From positions 1 through 54,391 of IMG/VR virus record IMGVR_UViG_3300032096_000018: a DNA stretch of 54,391 nt. The stretch is one strand, 5' to 3'. The notes under the pieces were generated by a model. That model had not been told where the DNA came from and searched no databases. It saw only the letters and a program-made list of their open reading frames with translations. This document shows positions 24,958-34,053 of the stretch, in pieces; within the stretch, counting starts at the first letter, position 1; each line of letters begins with the position of its first letter. The stretch is from a virus (lineage: Duplodnaviria > Caudoviricetes). The position numbers and the translations under genes are program-made.

Positions 24958-26295
24958 TCATTGCTCCTCGAGGTAGGGGATGCCGTTGTTGGCGACAATG
25001 GCGTAGATGGTCGAGGTGGTTTGGTCGGTGATTTCTCCCGACGCCACCTGCCCCGGCCCCCACTGGCCCGTCGTGTCGTTCCACACCAGGGCGTCGCCAT
25101 CAACAGCCCCGGCTTGATTCACGTCTGATGGGTTGTGGCTGTGACTGGCGGCGGCGAAATCGCTCGCCTCCGCTGTGGCCGCACTGCCAAGGTCATCGAT
25201 CGTGAGCGTGGAAAGCTGCCAGTTGGACGCACCGGCCGTTGCGTCCAGGCACACGAACACCTCGCCAGTACTGGTGTTCACCCACTTGGAAAGGGGCTCG
25301 TAGCCGGCGCCGCTGTCGTCGTTTACCGTCGGGTCGGTCGTGGCTGCGAGGTTGTGCTGCCTACGGGTCTCGTAGTCCTGCGACAGATCGACGGCGCCGG
25401 TCTTGCCGTCCACGCTTTGCACCGGGGCGGCGGCTGCCGCTTCGGTCGCATCGGTGTACTGCGGGTGCGGGTCGGTCTTGCCTTCGTGCGCGGCAACCGC
25501 ATCATCGGCGGCCGTTGCGGCCGACGAGGCCGATGCGGCCGCTTTCGCCGCATGGTGTAGCGATGAGTACGCACCCGGCTCGACTTCGGTATTCTCCGGC
25601 GTTTCTGCCCAACCCTGGGCCTTTGCCTCCGATCCGGCGGCATTCGATGCACTCGTGGCCGCCGCACTCTCCGATGCCGATGCGTTGCTTTCGCTGGTGG
25701 CGGCTCCGCTCTCACTGGCCGCGGCATTGGTCTCGGATGTGGCCGCCGCGCTGGCGCTGCTTGCGGCGTTCGATTCACTGGTGGCGGCTGCCGTTGCGGA
25801 ATTGGCCGCATTTGTTTCGCTCGTCGCGGCATTTGTCGCGCTGGTCGCCGCTGACGACGCGCTGCTGGCCGCATTCGATTCGCTTATCGATGCGTTTGAT
25901 TCGCTGGTTGCGGCGGCCGATGCCGACGACGCCGACTTGGCGGCATGGTGGAGTGCCGAGTACGCGCCCGTATCAACGGCCGTGCCCTCGGGGTTTTCGG
26001 CCCACTCCTGCGCCTTGCTTTCAAACGACGAGGCGTTGGCCGCGCTCGTCGCCGAGGCGCTTTCAGACGCGCTCGCGTTCGACGCGCTGGTGGCGGCCTG
26101 GTTGGCGCTGGTCGCAGCGTTGCTCTCGCTGGCTGCGGCTGCCGACTCACTGGATGCGGCCGCGGTCTCCGATGCTTGCGCGGCATCACGGGCCGCGACG
26201 GTCGCCTCGTAGAACGGCGACGTGCCGCCAGATGGGTTCGCTAGAGTGACGCTGATTTTGCTTGAATCAACGACCGTTACCGTCACCGTGCTCAT
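24958..26295 (-). CDS. Tail fibre shaft protein (445 aa)
   Basis: Ala/Ser/Thr heptad repeats (AATSESNA), AHEGKTDPHPQY, VQSVDGKTGAV, HSH and DGDALVWN fibre motifs. Confidence 0.85.
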   Translation of the reverse strand: MSTVTVTVVDSSKISVTLANPSGGTSPFYEATVAARDAAQASETAAASSESAAAASESNAATSANQAATSASNASASESASATSAANASSFESKAQEWAENPEGTAVDTGAYSALHHAAKSASSASAAATSESNASISESNAASSASSAATSATNAATSETNAANSATAAATSESNAASSASAAATSETNAAASESGAATSESNASASESAAATSASNAAGSEAKAQGWAETPENTEVEPGAYSSLHHAAKAAASASSAATAADDAVAAHEGKTDPHPQYTDATEAAAAAPVQSVDGKTGAVDLSQDYETRRQHNLAATTDPTVNDDSGAGYEPLSKWVNTSTGEVFVCLDATAGASNWQLSTLTIDDLGSAATAEASDFAAASHSHNPSDVNQAGAVDGDALVWNDTTGQWGPGQVASGEITDQTTSTIYAIVANNGIPYLEEQ

Positions 26296-26627
26296 CGGGT
26301 CACCTCCGGCGTCACCTTGACCTTGCCCTCAATGATTCGAGCCACGAAGCCGGGCACGTCGTCGTACATCTCCAAGTCCCACACGTACTTGTCCACGTCG
26401 GTTGCCTCGATCGCCGCCGTGGTGACGGCATCAAGGCTCAAAACGATCTCGGCCGCCCCCTTGTTGATCGTGAAATCGGCCAACACCGTGTCGTCGTCGT
26501 GGAAGGCGCGTAGCTGCGCCCGGTAGTCGTACGCCATCGGATCGGTGCCGTCGTCAAAGGTCGGCGTGATGGAAAGCTCGAAGCTCGAGCCCTGCTGAAT
26601 CAGAAGATCGTGTTTGCCTGCGATCAT
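26292..26627 (-). CDS. Virion structural protein, possible fibre-attachment domain (111 aa)
   Basis: DLLIQQGSSF..YVWDLEM..RIIEGKVKVTPEVTR; precedes the tail fibre. Confidence 0.65.
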   Translation of the reverse strand: MIAGKHDLLIQQGSSFELSITPTFDDGTDPMAYDYRAQLRAFHDDDTVLADFTINKGAAEIVLSLDAVTTAAIEATDVDKYVWDLEMYDDVPGFVARIIEGKVKVTPEVTR

Positions 26628-26630
26628 GCG

Positions 26631-27299
26631 TTACCCCGGCTGGTTCGATGGGCTGGCTTGGGTATCGGACTTCGACTTGCCGCCGATGCCGGTGGCAAAC
26701 GCCTGATAGTGCGCCGTCGCCCGGTTGGCGTTGGCCTGGCTGTCCGCGTCCTTGGAGTAGGCGCGATAGAGCAGGTAGTCGAGAATCGCCGGCTCATAGG
26801 CGCTGGGCATCTTGATTGCCTCGTCCAGTACGTTGTTTGCGGCCGGATCGTGTGGCTCGGGCGCCTGCGAGTAGACGATCTCGACCTGTGTGCCGGTGGC
26901 GGCCGGTGGATAGACCACGAACTCGCGCGGGTTGCGGTCATCGAAAACCCAGCGCTCAAGCTGCGCGGTGGGCCGGCCACGGCGCCAGTCCGGCATCAGG
27001 CCGTCGATCACCGCCAACTGCGATTGACGCACGGATCTCGGGCGCTTGCCGGCCGTGGCGGTCACGTCGAGGATCATGTGGGCGTCGGGCAGGTTGATCG
27101 AGTCGGCGTCATCGAGACGCTGCCGATACCCCTCGGCCAGCGTCACCACGGCGGACGTGGCGCCGGCATCCGGTCGCAGAATGACGATCTGCTGGTATGC
27201 CTCGTTGAGCCAGCCCAGCGCCTCGCTTTGCGTCCAGCGAACCCCCTCGTCCTGGGTGACGTACTGGAATTTGCCGATCAGGTCGTTAATCGTCGCCAC
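26631..27299 (-). CDS. Head-tail adaptor-like protein (DUF6682-like)
   Basis: RWTQSEALGWLNEA..RPDA..FVVYPP..DYLLYRAYSKDAD. Confidence 0.7.
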   Translation of the reverse strand: MATINDLIGKFQYVTQDEGVRWTQSEALGWLNEAYQQIVILRPDAGATSAVVTLAEGYRQRLDDADSINLPDAHMILDVTATAGKRPRSVRQSQLAVIDGLMPDWRRGRPTAQLERWVFDDRNPREFVVYPPAATGTQVEIVYSQAPEPHDPAANNVLDEAIKMPSAYEPAILDYLLYRAYSKDADSQANANRATAHYQAFATGIGGKSKSDTQASPSNQPG

Positions 27300-27307
27300 G
27301 GCTCACC

Positions 27308-27913
27308 TCAAAACATCGTCGGCCGGGCGCGCACCGGCTGACCGGTGCGGCCGTGGCCGAGTAGGTGGATTGCCCGGCTTACGCCGCGGTCGAACTGCAT
27401 GGCGCCCACTTGGGCCGCGTCCTCGTTGCGGAACGGCACGTAGTCGCGGCCAAGGCGCATCTTGGCGCCACCGGCAATCGCCTCGCGCCAGTCGCGCAGG
27501 AGGGCGTCGGGAACGTCGGTGTCATCAATGGAAGGCCGGAACGTGGCGACGGCATCCAGCGCCTCGTCTGCGGTGGGCGTCGGCCAAAGCACCACGCTTC
27601 CATCTCCTTCCAGATAGAAATGGGTCGGCGTGCCATCGGCATCGCCGAGATCGTTGACCTCTCCCCGGGTTGCGGCGATCAAGTCGCTGCCGTCGCGGCG
27701 CAGGTGGCGCAGGTCGAACGGCTCGCCTTCGGACAGATCGAACGACTGCTCGCGAGATCCGGCCGTGACGTTGAGTGTTGCCCGGCGCTCGATTACCCGC
27801 GATCGCTCGCAGAACTCGATCGCCGAGTCGCGCACTGCCTGGCGCATCAGGGCGTCCGGCACCTCGGGGAACGAGGAGCGGACGTAGGGGAAGAAGTCAT
27901 CGAGTACCGCCAT
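27308..27913 (-). CDS. Head-tail adaptor/tail tubular protein (201 aa)
   Basis: AVRDSAIEFCERS..LWPTP..WREAIAGGA; synteny after head genes. Confidence 0.65.
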   Translation of the reverse strand: MAVLDDFFPYVRSSFPEVPDALMRQAVRDSAIEFCERSRVIERRATLNVTAGSREQSFDLSEGEPFDLRHLRRDGSDLIAATRGEVNDLGDADGTPTHFYLEGDGSVVLWPTPTADEALDAVATFRPSIDDTDVPDALLRDWREAIAGGAKMRLGRDYVPFRNEDAAQVGAMQFDRGVSRAIHLLGHGRTGQPVRARPTMF

Positions 27914-27915
27914 GA

Positions 27916-28314
27916 TTAGCCCTCGGCTGCCTCAATGGCGGCGATCAGGTCCGGCTTGGCGTCGCGGGCGTTCACGTCGAGGCCCATGTCCTTTGCCTTG
28001 GCGAAAAGCTCGGCCTTGCTCATGGACGAAAGCTCATCGCCGCCGTCATCGGCCGGCGCCTCGGGGGCGCTCTCCTCGCCTGCCTGCTCGTCATTTCCCT
28101 CGTTGCCCTGGCCGGCGTCTTTACCGTAAGCGCCCTTGGTGCTGCCGCCACCGACCTTGACGAAGGTGGAAATGGACAGGAAGCGCTTGGCGTGCTCGGC
28201 GTTCTTCACCTCGCAGACGTGACGCCCCTCCTTGTCCTCGCGAAATTCGTAGGTCGTGCCGTCGATCCGGTGATCGGAGCCGCCGGGACGTTTGACCTTG
28301 TGCTCAATCAGCAT
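27916..28314 (-). CDS. Hypothetical head-module protein with a C-terminal Rho-N/HeH-like helical motif
   Basis: LSSMSKAELFAKAKDMGLDVNARDAKPDLIAAI; RBS GAGGT. Confidence 0.65.
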   Translation of the reverse strand: MLIEHKVKRPGGSDHRIDGTTYEFREDKEGRHVCEVKNAEHAKRFLSISTFVKVGGGSTKGAYGKDAGQGNEGNDEQAGEESAPEAPADDGGDELSSMSKAELFAKAKDMGLDVNARDAKPDLIAAIEAAEG

Positions 28315-28339
28315 CGTTGATTACCTCTAGGTTGGTCAG

Positions 28340-28364
28340 AAAAAAGGCCGCACGCGGCGGCCTT
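28340..28364 (-). terminator. Rho-independent terminator after the capsid and decoration genes
   Basis: AAGGCCGC-CGCGT-GCGGCC-TTTTTT. Confidence 0.75.
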
Positions 28365-28378
28365 GTTGCGGCCGGGGC

Positions 28379-28822
28379 TTAGTTGGCCCGGTAATAGAGC
28401 GTGACGCCGACCTCGCCGCTGGTGGCGGTGGTGGCGGTCGTGCCCACCTTCATCGCCAGCTTGCGGTTTTCGTTCGGGTCAGACTCGACGCGGCTCATGG
28501 CTTTCAGGCCGGCCGATTCAGCCCGGCCCGCGCCACTCGTCTCAAGTGCCACGGTGCCCCAGGCATCGCCCTCGATGCCGTCGCCGGCAGCGTTCAGGAC
28601 GCCGACCGTCGCATCGGCGCCCGTGCCGCCGAGTGCGTCGGAATCCCACGCCAGGTCAACGGCAAGGCATCCAGCCGGCAGCACGCCAAGCTCGATAATG
28701 TCGCCGGCCCCCAGGGCTACGCCATCCACCTTGAACTTCATGCGCTCGGCAACCACCGCCTGGTCGATCGGGGTCGGCATGGGCTTGCGGCCGCTCGCTT
28801 GCGCAGTCTGATAAGTAGGCAT
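28379..28822 (-). CDS. Putative capsid decoration/cement protein (147 aa)
   Basis: Directly after the MCP; GDIIELGVLPAG..D.D motif; RBS GGAGG. Confidence 0.7.
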   Translation of the reverse strand: MPTYQTAQASGRKPMPTPIDQAVVAERMKFKVDGVALGAGDIIELGVLPAGCLAVDLAWDSDALGGTGADATVGVLNAAGDGIEGDAWGTVALETSGAGRAESAGLKAMSRVESDPNENRKLAMKVGTTATTATSGEVGVTLYYRAN

Positions 28823-28875
28823 AATCAGTCCTCCAAAATTGATGAGTTAGGGGCGGCCTCCCGCCCCATCACGGG

Positions 28876-29994
28876 TTACGCCGGATCGGCGGCCGCGGTG
28901 TCGAGTGCCATGCAACCGAAGTCGGTGCTCTTGCCTTCGATGTTGAAGCTGGACTTCTTGACACCGAAGATCGAGGACGTGGTGATCGCCACCTGGTTGC
29001 CGCGGTCCTCGCTCTCCTCGTTCCAGTCGAAGCGCAGATCGGTGCCCGGCGAACCGAAGGCAACGACGCCAGCCTGGCGACCGAGGAACAGGGCTCGGGC
29101 TGCAGGAACATCGCCACCGGTGCCGTAGTCGCCAAAGCGAACGACGCCCTTGTGCTTGTGCAGCACGACGTTGTTGTACATGCCCATGCCGCCCTTGAAG
29201 ATCGGGTTGCTGCGACCTTCGGCAGACGCGGCGGCCTTCTGAATGTCGAGCCACTGGCCCGAGTCAGTGCCGGCGCGCAGGTCATACTCCTGCCACGAGT
29301 GCATCACCAGGACGAAGTGCTCCTCGCCGTCGATCTCGACCGGCTGGATGGACGGGGTGTTGGTGGTGCCACCGCCCATCGTGTCGGCCCGGGAAACCGC
29401 GCGGTCGATGAGGTTGAGGCTCATCTTGTCGGCTGCGGCCAGGTCGGACTTCTGCGTGGCGGCGCCGCCGAACAGGTGATGGTTGTCGTCCGGGGCGACC
29501 AGCGGGTTGCCGGCGTAACCGGAAAAGTCGGTCGGCTCGATGAAATCCTCGTTGATGCCACGAGCGCCGGACAGGTAGCAGAAGAAGGTCTCATCGAACA
29601 GACGAGCCCACCACTCGGATTGCCGGGTGCGAGCGATCTTGCGCAGATCGTGGATCGTGCGCTTGCGGGTCATCTTGCCGCCGGTGTTCACGCCGCCACG
29701 CTGCTGATCAATGTAAAGCGAGTCGGTGTAGAACTTGAGATCTTCTTCCTTGCCGCGAAGGGTGTCGTCACCGGAAACGGGACGCATCTTCAACTGCATC
29801 ACCAGGTCATAGCTGATCTGGTCGCCGGAATCGTTCTCGAGGTGCGGCAGGGTTTGCAGCGGGGTTTGCGCGTCCTCGCCGACGCCCATGAACTTCTTGT
29901 TGAAGTAGCTCTTTCGGCCAACATCGACCGCGAGGTGCGCAGAATACTTTTTGACGGCTTTGGGATCGCCGACGCCCACAATAGTGCGAGGCAT
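28876..29994 (-). CDS. Major capsid protein, N4-gp56/DUF4043 family
   Basis: GDQISYDL..GKEEDLKFYTD..IDQQRGGV..KRTIHDLRKIAR..NPIFKGGMGMYNNVVLH. Confidence 0.9.
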   Translation of the reverse strand: MPRTIVGVGDPKAVKKYSAHLAVDVGRKSYFNKKFMGVGEDAQTPLQTLPHLENDSGDQISYDLVMQLKMRPVSGDDTLRGKEEDLKFYTDSLYIDQQRGGVNTGGKMTRKRTIHDLRKIARTRQSEWWARLFDETFFCYLSGARGINEDFIEPTDFSGYAGNPLVAPDDNHHLFGGAATQKSDLAAADKMSLNLIDRAVSRADTMGGGTTNTPSIQPVEIDGEEHFVLVMHSWQEYDLRAGTDSGQWLDIQKAAASAEGRSNPIFKGGMGMYNNVVLHKHKGVVRFGDYGTGGDVPAARALFLGRQAGVVAFGSPGTDLRFDWNEESEDRGNQVAITTSSIFGVKKSSFNIEGKSTDFGCMALDTAAADPA

Positions 29995-30082
29995 AAGAGT
30001 GCTCCTTGGATTTTGGGTTAAATCGTCGGACGCACTCTTGCGCGTTCGGTCGAGCCTATCGGCTCAACAGTATTGAAACAGT

Positions 30083-30108
30083 GCGGCCAGCTTTGGCGAA
30101 CTGGCCGC
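30083..30108 (-). promoter_or_regulatory. Repeated late-module motif, copy 3, embedded in an inverted repeat
   Basis: GCGGCCAG-CTTTGGCGAA-CTGGCCGC on the plus strand, upstream of the MCP. Confidence 0.6.
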
Positions 30109-30117
30109 GTTGCCGGC

Positions 30118-30369
30118 CTACGCCGGACCTTCGGCGGCGAGCATGGACGCGATCGACTGGCCGCGACGATCACCACCTTGGCGAGGCTTGGGCTCACCCT
30201 TGCCTCGACCGCTAACCGGCGGGTCAATCGAAACAGACTCGTCGGCCTCGATGCGCAGGCGGGCGCGCTGCCCGCTCTTGTGCTCGAGCGTGACGGCCGC
30301 CACGCCGTCACCCGATAGGCTTAGTGTCTCGCCGACCTTGAGATCGACATTCATGCTGCGCTGCTGCAT
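30118..30369 (-). CDS. CsrA/RsmA-like small protein (83 aa)
   Basis: DLKVGETLSLSGDGVAAVTLEHKSGQRARLRIEADESVSI aligns by eye with CsrA [38 protein letters not shown]. Confidence 0.6.
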   Translation of the reverse strand: MQQRSMNVDLKVGETLSLSGDGVAAVTLEHKSGQRARLRIEADESVSIDPPVSGRGKGEPKPRQGGDRRGQSIASMLAAEGPA

Positions 30370-30372
30370 TCG

Positions 30373-31311
30373 TTACTCCGTCAGGTAGCGTTCTTGCTGC
30401 TCGGGGGTCAGCTTCGCCAGCGCCCGCTCAAGCTCCATGCCGGACAGCTTCTCGAGGTGAGCGAACTCGCTGGTGCTCGTCTCAGGGATCTCGGCTGCCG
30501 GCGCGTCACCGATGTTCGGCGGCACGTTGGCCCGATCACGCGCGGACTTCTTGCGGGCACGGCGCTTGCCCTCGGGCTGCTCATTGGCGCCAGGCGCGGG
30601 AATGCCAAAGTCGCTACGAAGCTGCTTGTCGGCCTCGGTGATAAAGAAGTCGGCGGTCTGGTTGGCGTTCTCCGGCTTGGCTGCGATCTCCTGCACGATC
30701 TGCTGGAACATGCCTTTGACGCGCTCGGTCTTGTACAGATCGGCGTTCTGCTCAAAGAAGTTGTCGCGCTGCTGGTAGAACTGATTGAGCATGGCCTGCT
30801 GTCGGCCCTTGACCTCGGCCTCGTGCAGACGCATGGACATGCGCAGGTCGTTGCGTTCGTCGTCCAACTTCGTGCGCTCGGCCTCGTACTCATCGAGGTC
30901 AATGTCGCCGTCGTGGAACTTCTCGCGCAGGTGCTTCATGTCGTTGCCGATCTGCGCGAGGCGCTGGTCGGCGTCGTCGGGCACTTCGGTTTGCAGGCGC
31001 ATTTCCGGCTGCTGGGGCTCGGGCTCCTGGGTAGATTCGGCGTCGTCGCCCTCGTCGGCGTCGCCTTCGTCGTCTACCGGCTCGTCGTCCTCGCCATCGC
31101 CTTCCGCTTCGTCCTCGTCGTCGGCTTCGTCGTCATCGTCATCAGCCTCATCGTCCCCGGCCAGGCGATCATCAGCGCCATCGTCAGCGCCTTCGTCGTC
31201 ATCGCCTTCCGCGTCCTGTTCCACCGACTCATCGACTTGCTCCTCGTCCAACAGGGCTTCGCGCTCGGCCTCGGACATGCCGGCCAATTCTTCTTCGCTC
31301 CACTGTGCCAT
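30373..31311 (-). CDS. Scaffolding protein (312 aa)
   Basis: Very acidic N-terminus, coiled coil, between portal and MCP. Confidence 0.75.
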   Translation of the reverse strand: MAQWSEEELAGMSEAEREALLDEEQVDESVEQDAEGDDDEGADDGADDRLAGDDEADDDDDEADDEDEAEGDGEDDEPVDDEGDADEGDDAESTQEPEPQQPEMRLQTEVPDDADQRLAQIGNDMKHLREKFHDGDIDLDEYEAERTKLDDERNDLRMSMRLHEAEVKGRQQAMLNQFYQQRDNFFEQNADLYKTERVKGMFQQIVQEIAAKPENANQTADFFITEADKQLRSDFGIPAPGANEQPEGKRRARKKSARDRANVPPNIGDAPAAEIPETSTSEFAHLEKLSGMELERALAKLTPEQQERYLTE

Positions 31312-31330
31312 CGGGTCGTTCCTCTCTTTC

Positions 31331-31639
31331 TCACTGGCTTTGCTGGTTCAACGTCTCGCGGAGCAGATACCCTTCAAGCATCCACACCTTGCTTTGCGCC
31401 TTGTCCCGGGCGATGCGCCGGCCAATGTCCTCGCGGAAATTGCGGGGATCGGCGGACGCCGAATCACCGATCACGGTGAATCCGTTGCGCAGGGTCAGGC
31501 AGCACACGGTCGTCGTCGTGCCGGGGAAAACGTGATAGTCCTCGGCGACAACGGCATCCCGTATGTCTTGCGCGGCCAGGCGGGGCGCATCGCACCCGGC
31601 CGCCTGGATCTCCTTCTCGATCTCGTCGTCATTGCTCAC
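31331..31639 (-). CDS. N4 gp49/Sf6 gp66 family protein, candidate cyclic-nucleotide sponge
   Basis: TTTTVCCLTLRNGFTVIGDSASADPRNFREDIGRRIARDKA..W.LEGYLL. Confidence 0.8.
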   Translation of the reverse strand: MSNDDEIEKEIQAAGCDAPRLAAQDIRDAVVAEDYHVFPGTTTTVCCLTLRNGFTVIGDSASADPRNFREDIGRRIARDKAQSKVWMLEGYLLRETLNQQSQ

Positions 31640-34050
31640 GTCGGCTCTCCTTCTGGTGGTTGACGCACGCCGTCGGCGTCAGGGGTGTACATGCCCTGGC
31701 CCATGCCAGCGCTGGCGCTCTCCGGGGTGTCCAGCACCTCCTCGGAGCCACCGGGGCCGACTGCCCGCCCGGCGTCCTGCATGGCGCCACGCTCGGCCTC
31801 GGCTTGCTGCTGCTCTTGGATCGCCTGCTGCTGCATGGCTTGCTCTTGCTCGGCCACCTGCTGCTCCTGCTCTTGGCGGGCTTTCTCCACCTGATCCTCG
31901 AAGCCAGCCGACCGCATGATCTCGTCGGCCCCTTGGGCAGCGTCCGGCGCCATGCCGGCGACTTGCGAGGCTTGCAGCGCGGAGTACATCGCCTGCACGC
32001 GGCTGACCACGGCCTCGGCGCCAATCTTGTCGGCCTTCGCCACGATCTCGGCCATTTCCGCCTGCATCTTCGCCAGGGTTAGCTCCTGCTGCATCTGCGC
32101 CATCTGCTGCTGGCGCTGCATTTCGGCCTGCTGCTGCTGCTGCATGGCCGCCTCTTGCTCCGGCGGCAACTCCTCGTCGGGGTCGCGCTGGCCGTTGATC
32201 TGGCGAATGCGCGCCACGATCTCGTCGCGGTTGGGCACGTCGGCGGTTTCCACGAGCAGGTCGAGCAGGCCCAAGGCGACATTCGGCGCCATCTGCGCAA
32301 GGCGGCTCACAATGTCGAAAAGGCTCTCGAACATGGCGATGCGCAGGCTCGAGCGGTAGTCCTGCTCATCGAGGATGAACGAGGCTTGGCGGTGGGTTAC
32401 GTCGTTGAGCACTTCGCCCGTCTGCGGGTCGCGCTCGTTGATCTTCATGTACTTGGCGCCACGGTCGCCCACGACGCGGATCACCTTCTCCTCGTCGTAG
32501 AACTGCTCGACCATCGAAAGCTCAAGCTCGCCAAGCTGCTGCAACCCGAACCGCAGGTTGTCGAAGATCGCCGTGGTAACGACGCTTCCCTGCTCCTGGC
32601 GGGCCATGATTGCCTTGCCGGACGTGGCGTTGGACTCGCGGCCCAGGTTCTCGTCGGTGACGCCGCCCACGTTGCGGATATGCTGAATGTTCCGCTCCAT
32701 CATCCCGACGTGGCTTTGCGCCAGTTGAATGTCGCGGTCGATCACCAACTCCTTTCCCTTGCGCTTGACCAGCACGGCATCGGGCCGGGCGGCCTCCTCG
32801 CGCAGCGCGTCAATGTCATCGACGGCGCCCTCGTCCATCGTGATTCGGTTGACGGACAGGAGCCACAAGGCTTTCGATGCGCGCTTGTTCAGATCGTCTT
32901 GCGGGTCGCGCAGGTTGCGGATGATCCCGTAGGGCGCGTTGTCGCGCTTGCGGCGGTGGCACCAGATCGGCACGAACGGGAACCGGCCGTGGTTGTAAGG
33001 GGAATCGCCCCAAAAGAGCAGGCCCACGTCGGTGAACACGGCGCACTTGACCACCATGCGCACGTTGTCGAACAGGGAATAGCCCTCACGGGCACGCTCG
33101 ACGTGCTCGGGGTTCTTGGCATCGAACACCACGCCGGCCATGTCGTCGTCGCGGAATACGCGGACGCGCTGCGGCTCCTTGTACCAGCACTCGATCACCC
33201 GCACGCGCTTGCGACTGTTGTAGGCAAACGCGGCATTGTCGTAGGGCGTGAAGCGGCCGGACGCGGATTGATAGTCGTGGCCGGGCTCCGTCACCCGGGC
33301 GCCCAGGTAGAAGCCATCCTGCTCGGCCTCGGAAAGCAGCTCACCCTCGCCGCGGCAAGACGACTCAATCACCTCCTCGCGGCCCGGGAAATACGCCTTG
33401 GCGGTGTCGGCATCCAGCCACTTCCAGCGGAAAATGTACCGGGCATCGGACAGATCCGGCTCGTCGCCGTTGGAGTCGTACAGCACGCGGCGCCAGTCCT
33501 CCCGGCGCGTGTAGATCAACTCCTCGGTCGGGTCGCCGCGCAGCCCCGTCTCGAGCCAGCCCACGCCCGCCTTGACGGCATCCTCGAACGCGAGGCTCCG
33601 GGCGTGCGGCGTGCGGTTGGTGTCGGACAGGTACTTGAGCAGCGAGGTCTTGATCTCGGCCTCATCCTGCCCCTCGGGCTCACGCGCCAATACCCGGTAG
33701 TCGATGCGCGATCGACGCTCGGTGCCCAGCACCCAATCGACCGTCGGCTTGATCTCGTTGTAGACGAGCGGTGCCTGGCCGCGATCGAGGAGCGCTTGCG
33801 CGTCCTCCTCCGTCCACTGCATCGAGTCGTAGTAATCCTCGTCGAGCGCCATCTGGTAGCGGTTGGCCGCCTGCCGGCGCCACTCTTGGTCGAACCAGGT
33901 TTTGATGCGCGAGTGCAGATTGCGCGCCTTCTGCGTATCGAGTCGGCTGCGCTTGGGCTTTTTCGGCGCCGGCTCGGGCTCGCCGTAGTCGCGTGGATCG
34001 CGGGACTCCGACCGCATCACGCCATCGTCACGGATCAGATCGTCGGCCAC
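31636..34050 (-). CDS. Portal protein, P22-like (804 aa)
   Basis: YYDSMQW..RGQAPLVYNEIKP..GRFPFVP..YGIIRNLRDPQDDLNKRASK..SNATSGKAIMARQEQG; Gln-rich barrel. Confidence 0.9.
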   Translation of the reverse strand: MADDLIRDDGVMRSESRDPRDYGEPEPAPKKPKRSRLDTQKARNLHSRIKTWFDQEWRRQAANRYQMALDEDYYDSMQWTEEDAQALLDRGQAPLVYNEIKPTVDWVLGTERRSRIDYRVLAREPEGQDEAEIKTSLLKYLSDTNRTPHARSLAFEDAVKAGVGWLETGLRGDPTEELIYTRREDWRRVLYDSNGDEPDLSDARYIFRWKWLDADTAKAYFPGREEVIESSCRGEGELLSEAEQDGFYLGARVTEPGHDYQSASGRFTPYDNAAFAYNSRKRVRVIECWYKEPQRVRVFRDDDMAGVVFDAKNPEHVERAREGYSLFDNVRMVVKCAVFTDVGLLFWGDSPYNHGRFPFVPIWCHRRKRDNAPYGIIRNLRDPQDDLNKRASKALWLLSVNRITMDEGAVDDIDALREEAARPDAVLVKRKGKELVIDRDIQLAQSHVGMMERNIQHIRNVGGVTDENLGRESNATSGKAIMARQEQGSVVTTAIFDNLRFGLQQLGELELSMVEQFYDEEKVIRVVGDRGAKYMKINERDPQTGEVLNDVTHRQASFILDEQDYRSSLRIAMFESLFDIVSRLAQMAPNVALGLLDLLVETADVPNRDEIVARIRQINGQRDPDEELPPEQEAAMQQQQQAEMQRQQQMAQMQQELTLAKMQAEMAEIVAKADKIGAEAVVSRVQAMYSALQASQVAGMAPDAAQGADEIMRSAGFEDQVEKARQEQEQQVAEQEQAMQQQAIQEQQQAEAERGAMQDAGRAVGPGGSEEVLDTPESASAGMGQGMYTPDADGVRQPPEGEPT

Positions 34051-34053
34051 GGC

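Noticed and set aside
82-26295. A second VR elsewhere (multi-target DGR)
   Set aside because: No other TR-like copy or GGxW..GxR C-terminus seen by eye; a BLASTN of TR against the whole genome would settle it
31000-31260. TCG/TCA-rich low-complexity tract as a DNA repeat element
   Set aside because: It encodes the Asp/Glu-rich N-terminus of the scaffolding protein
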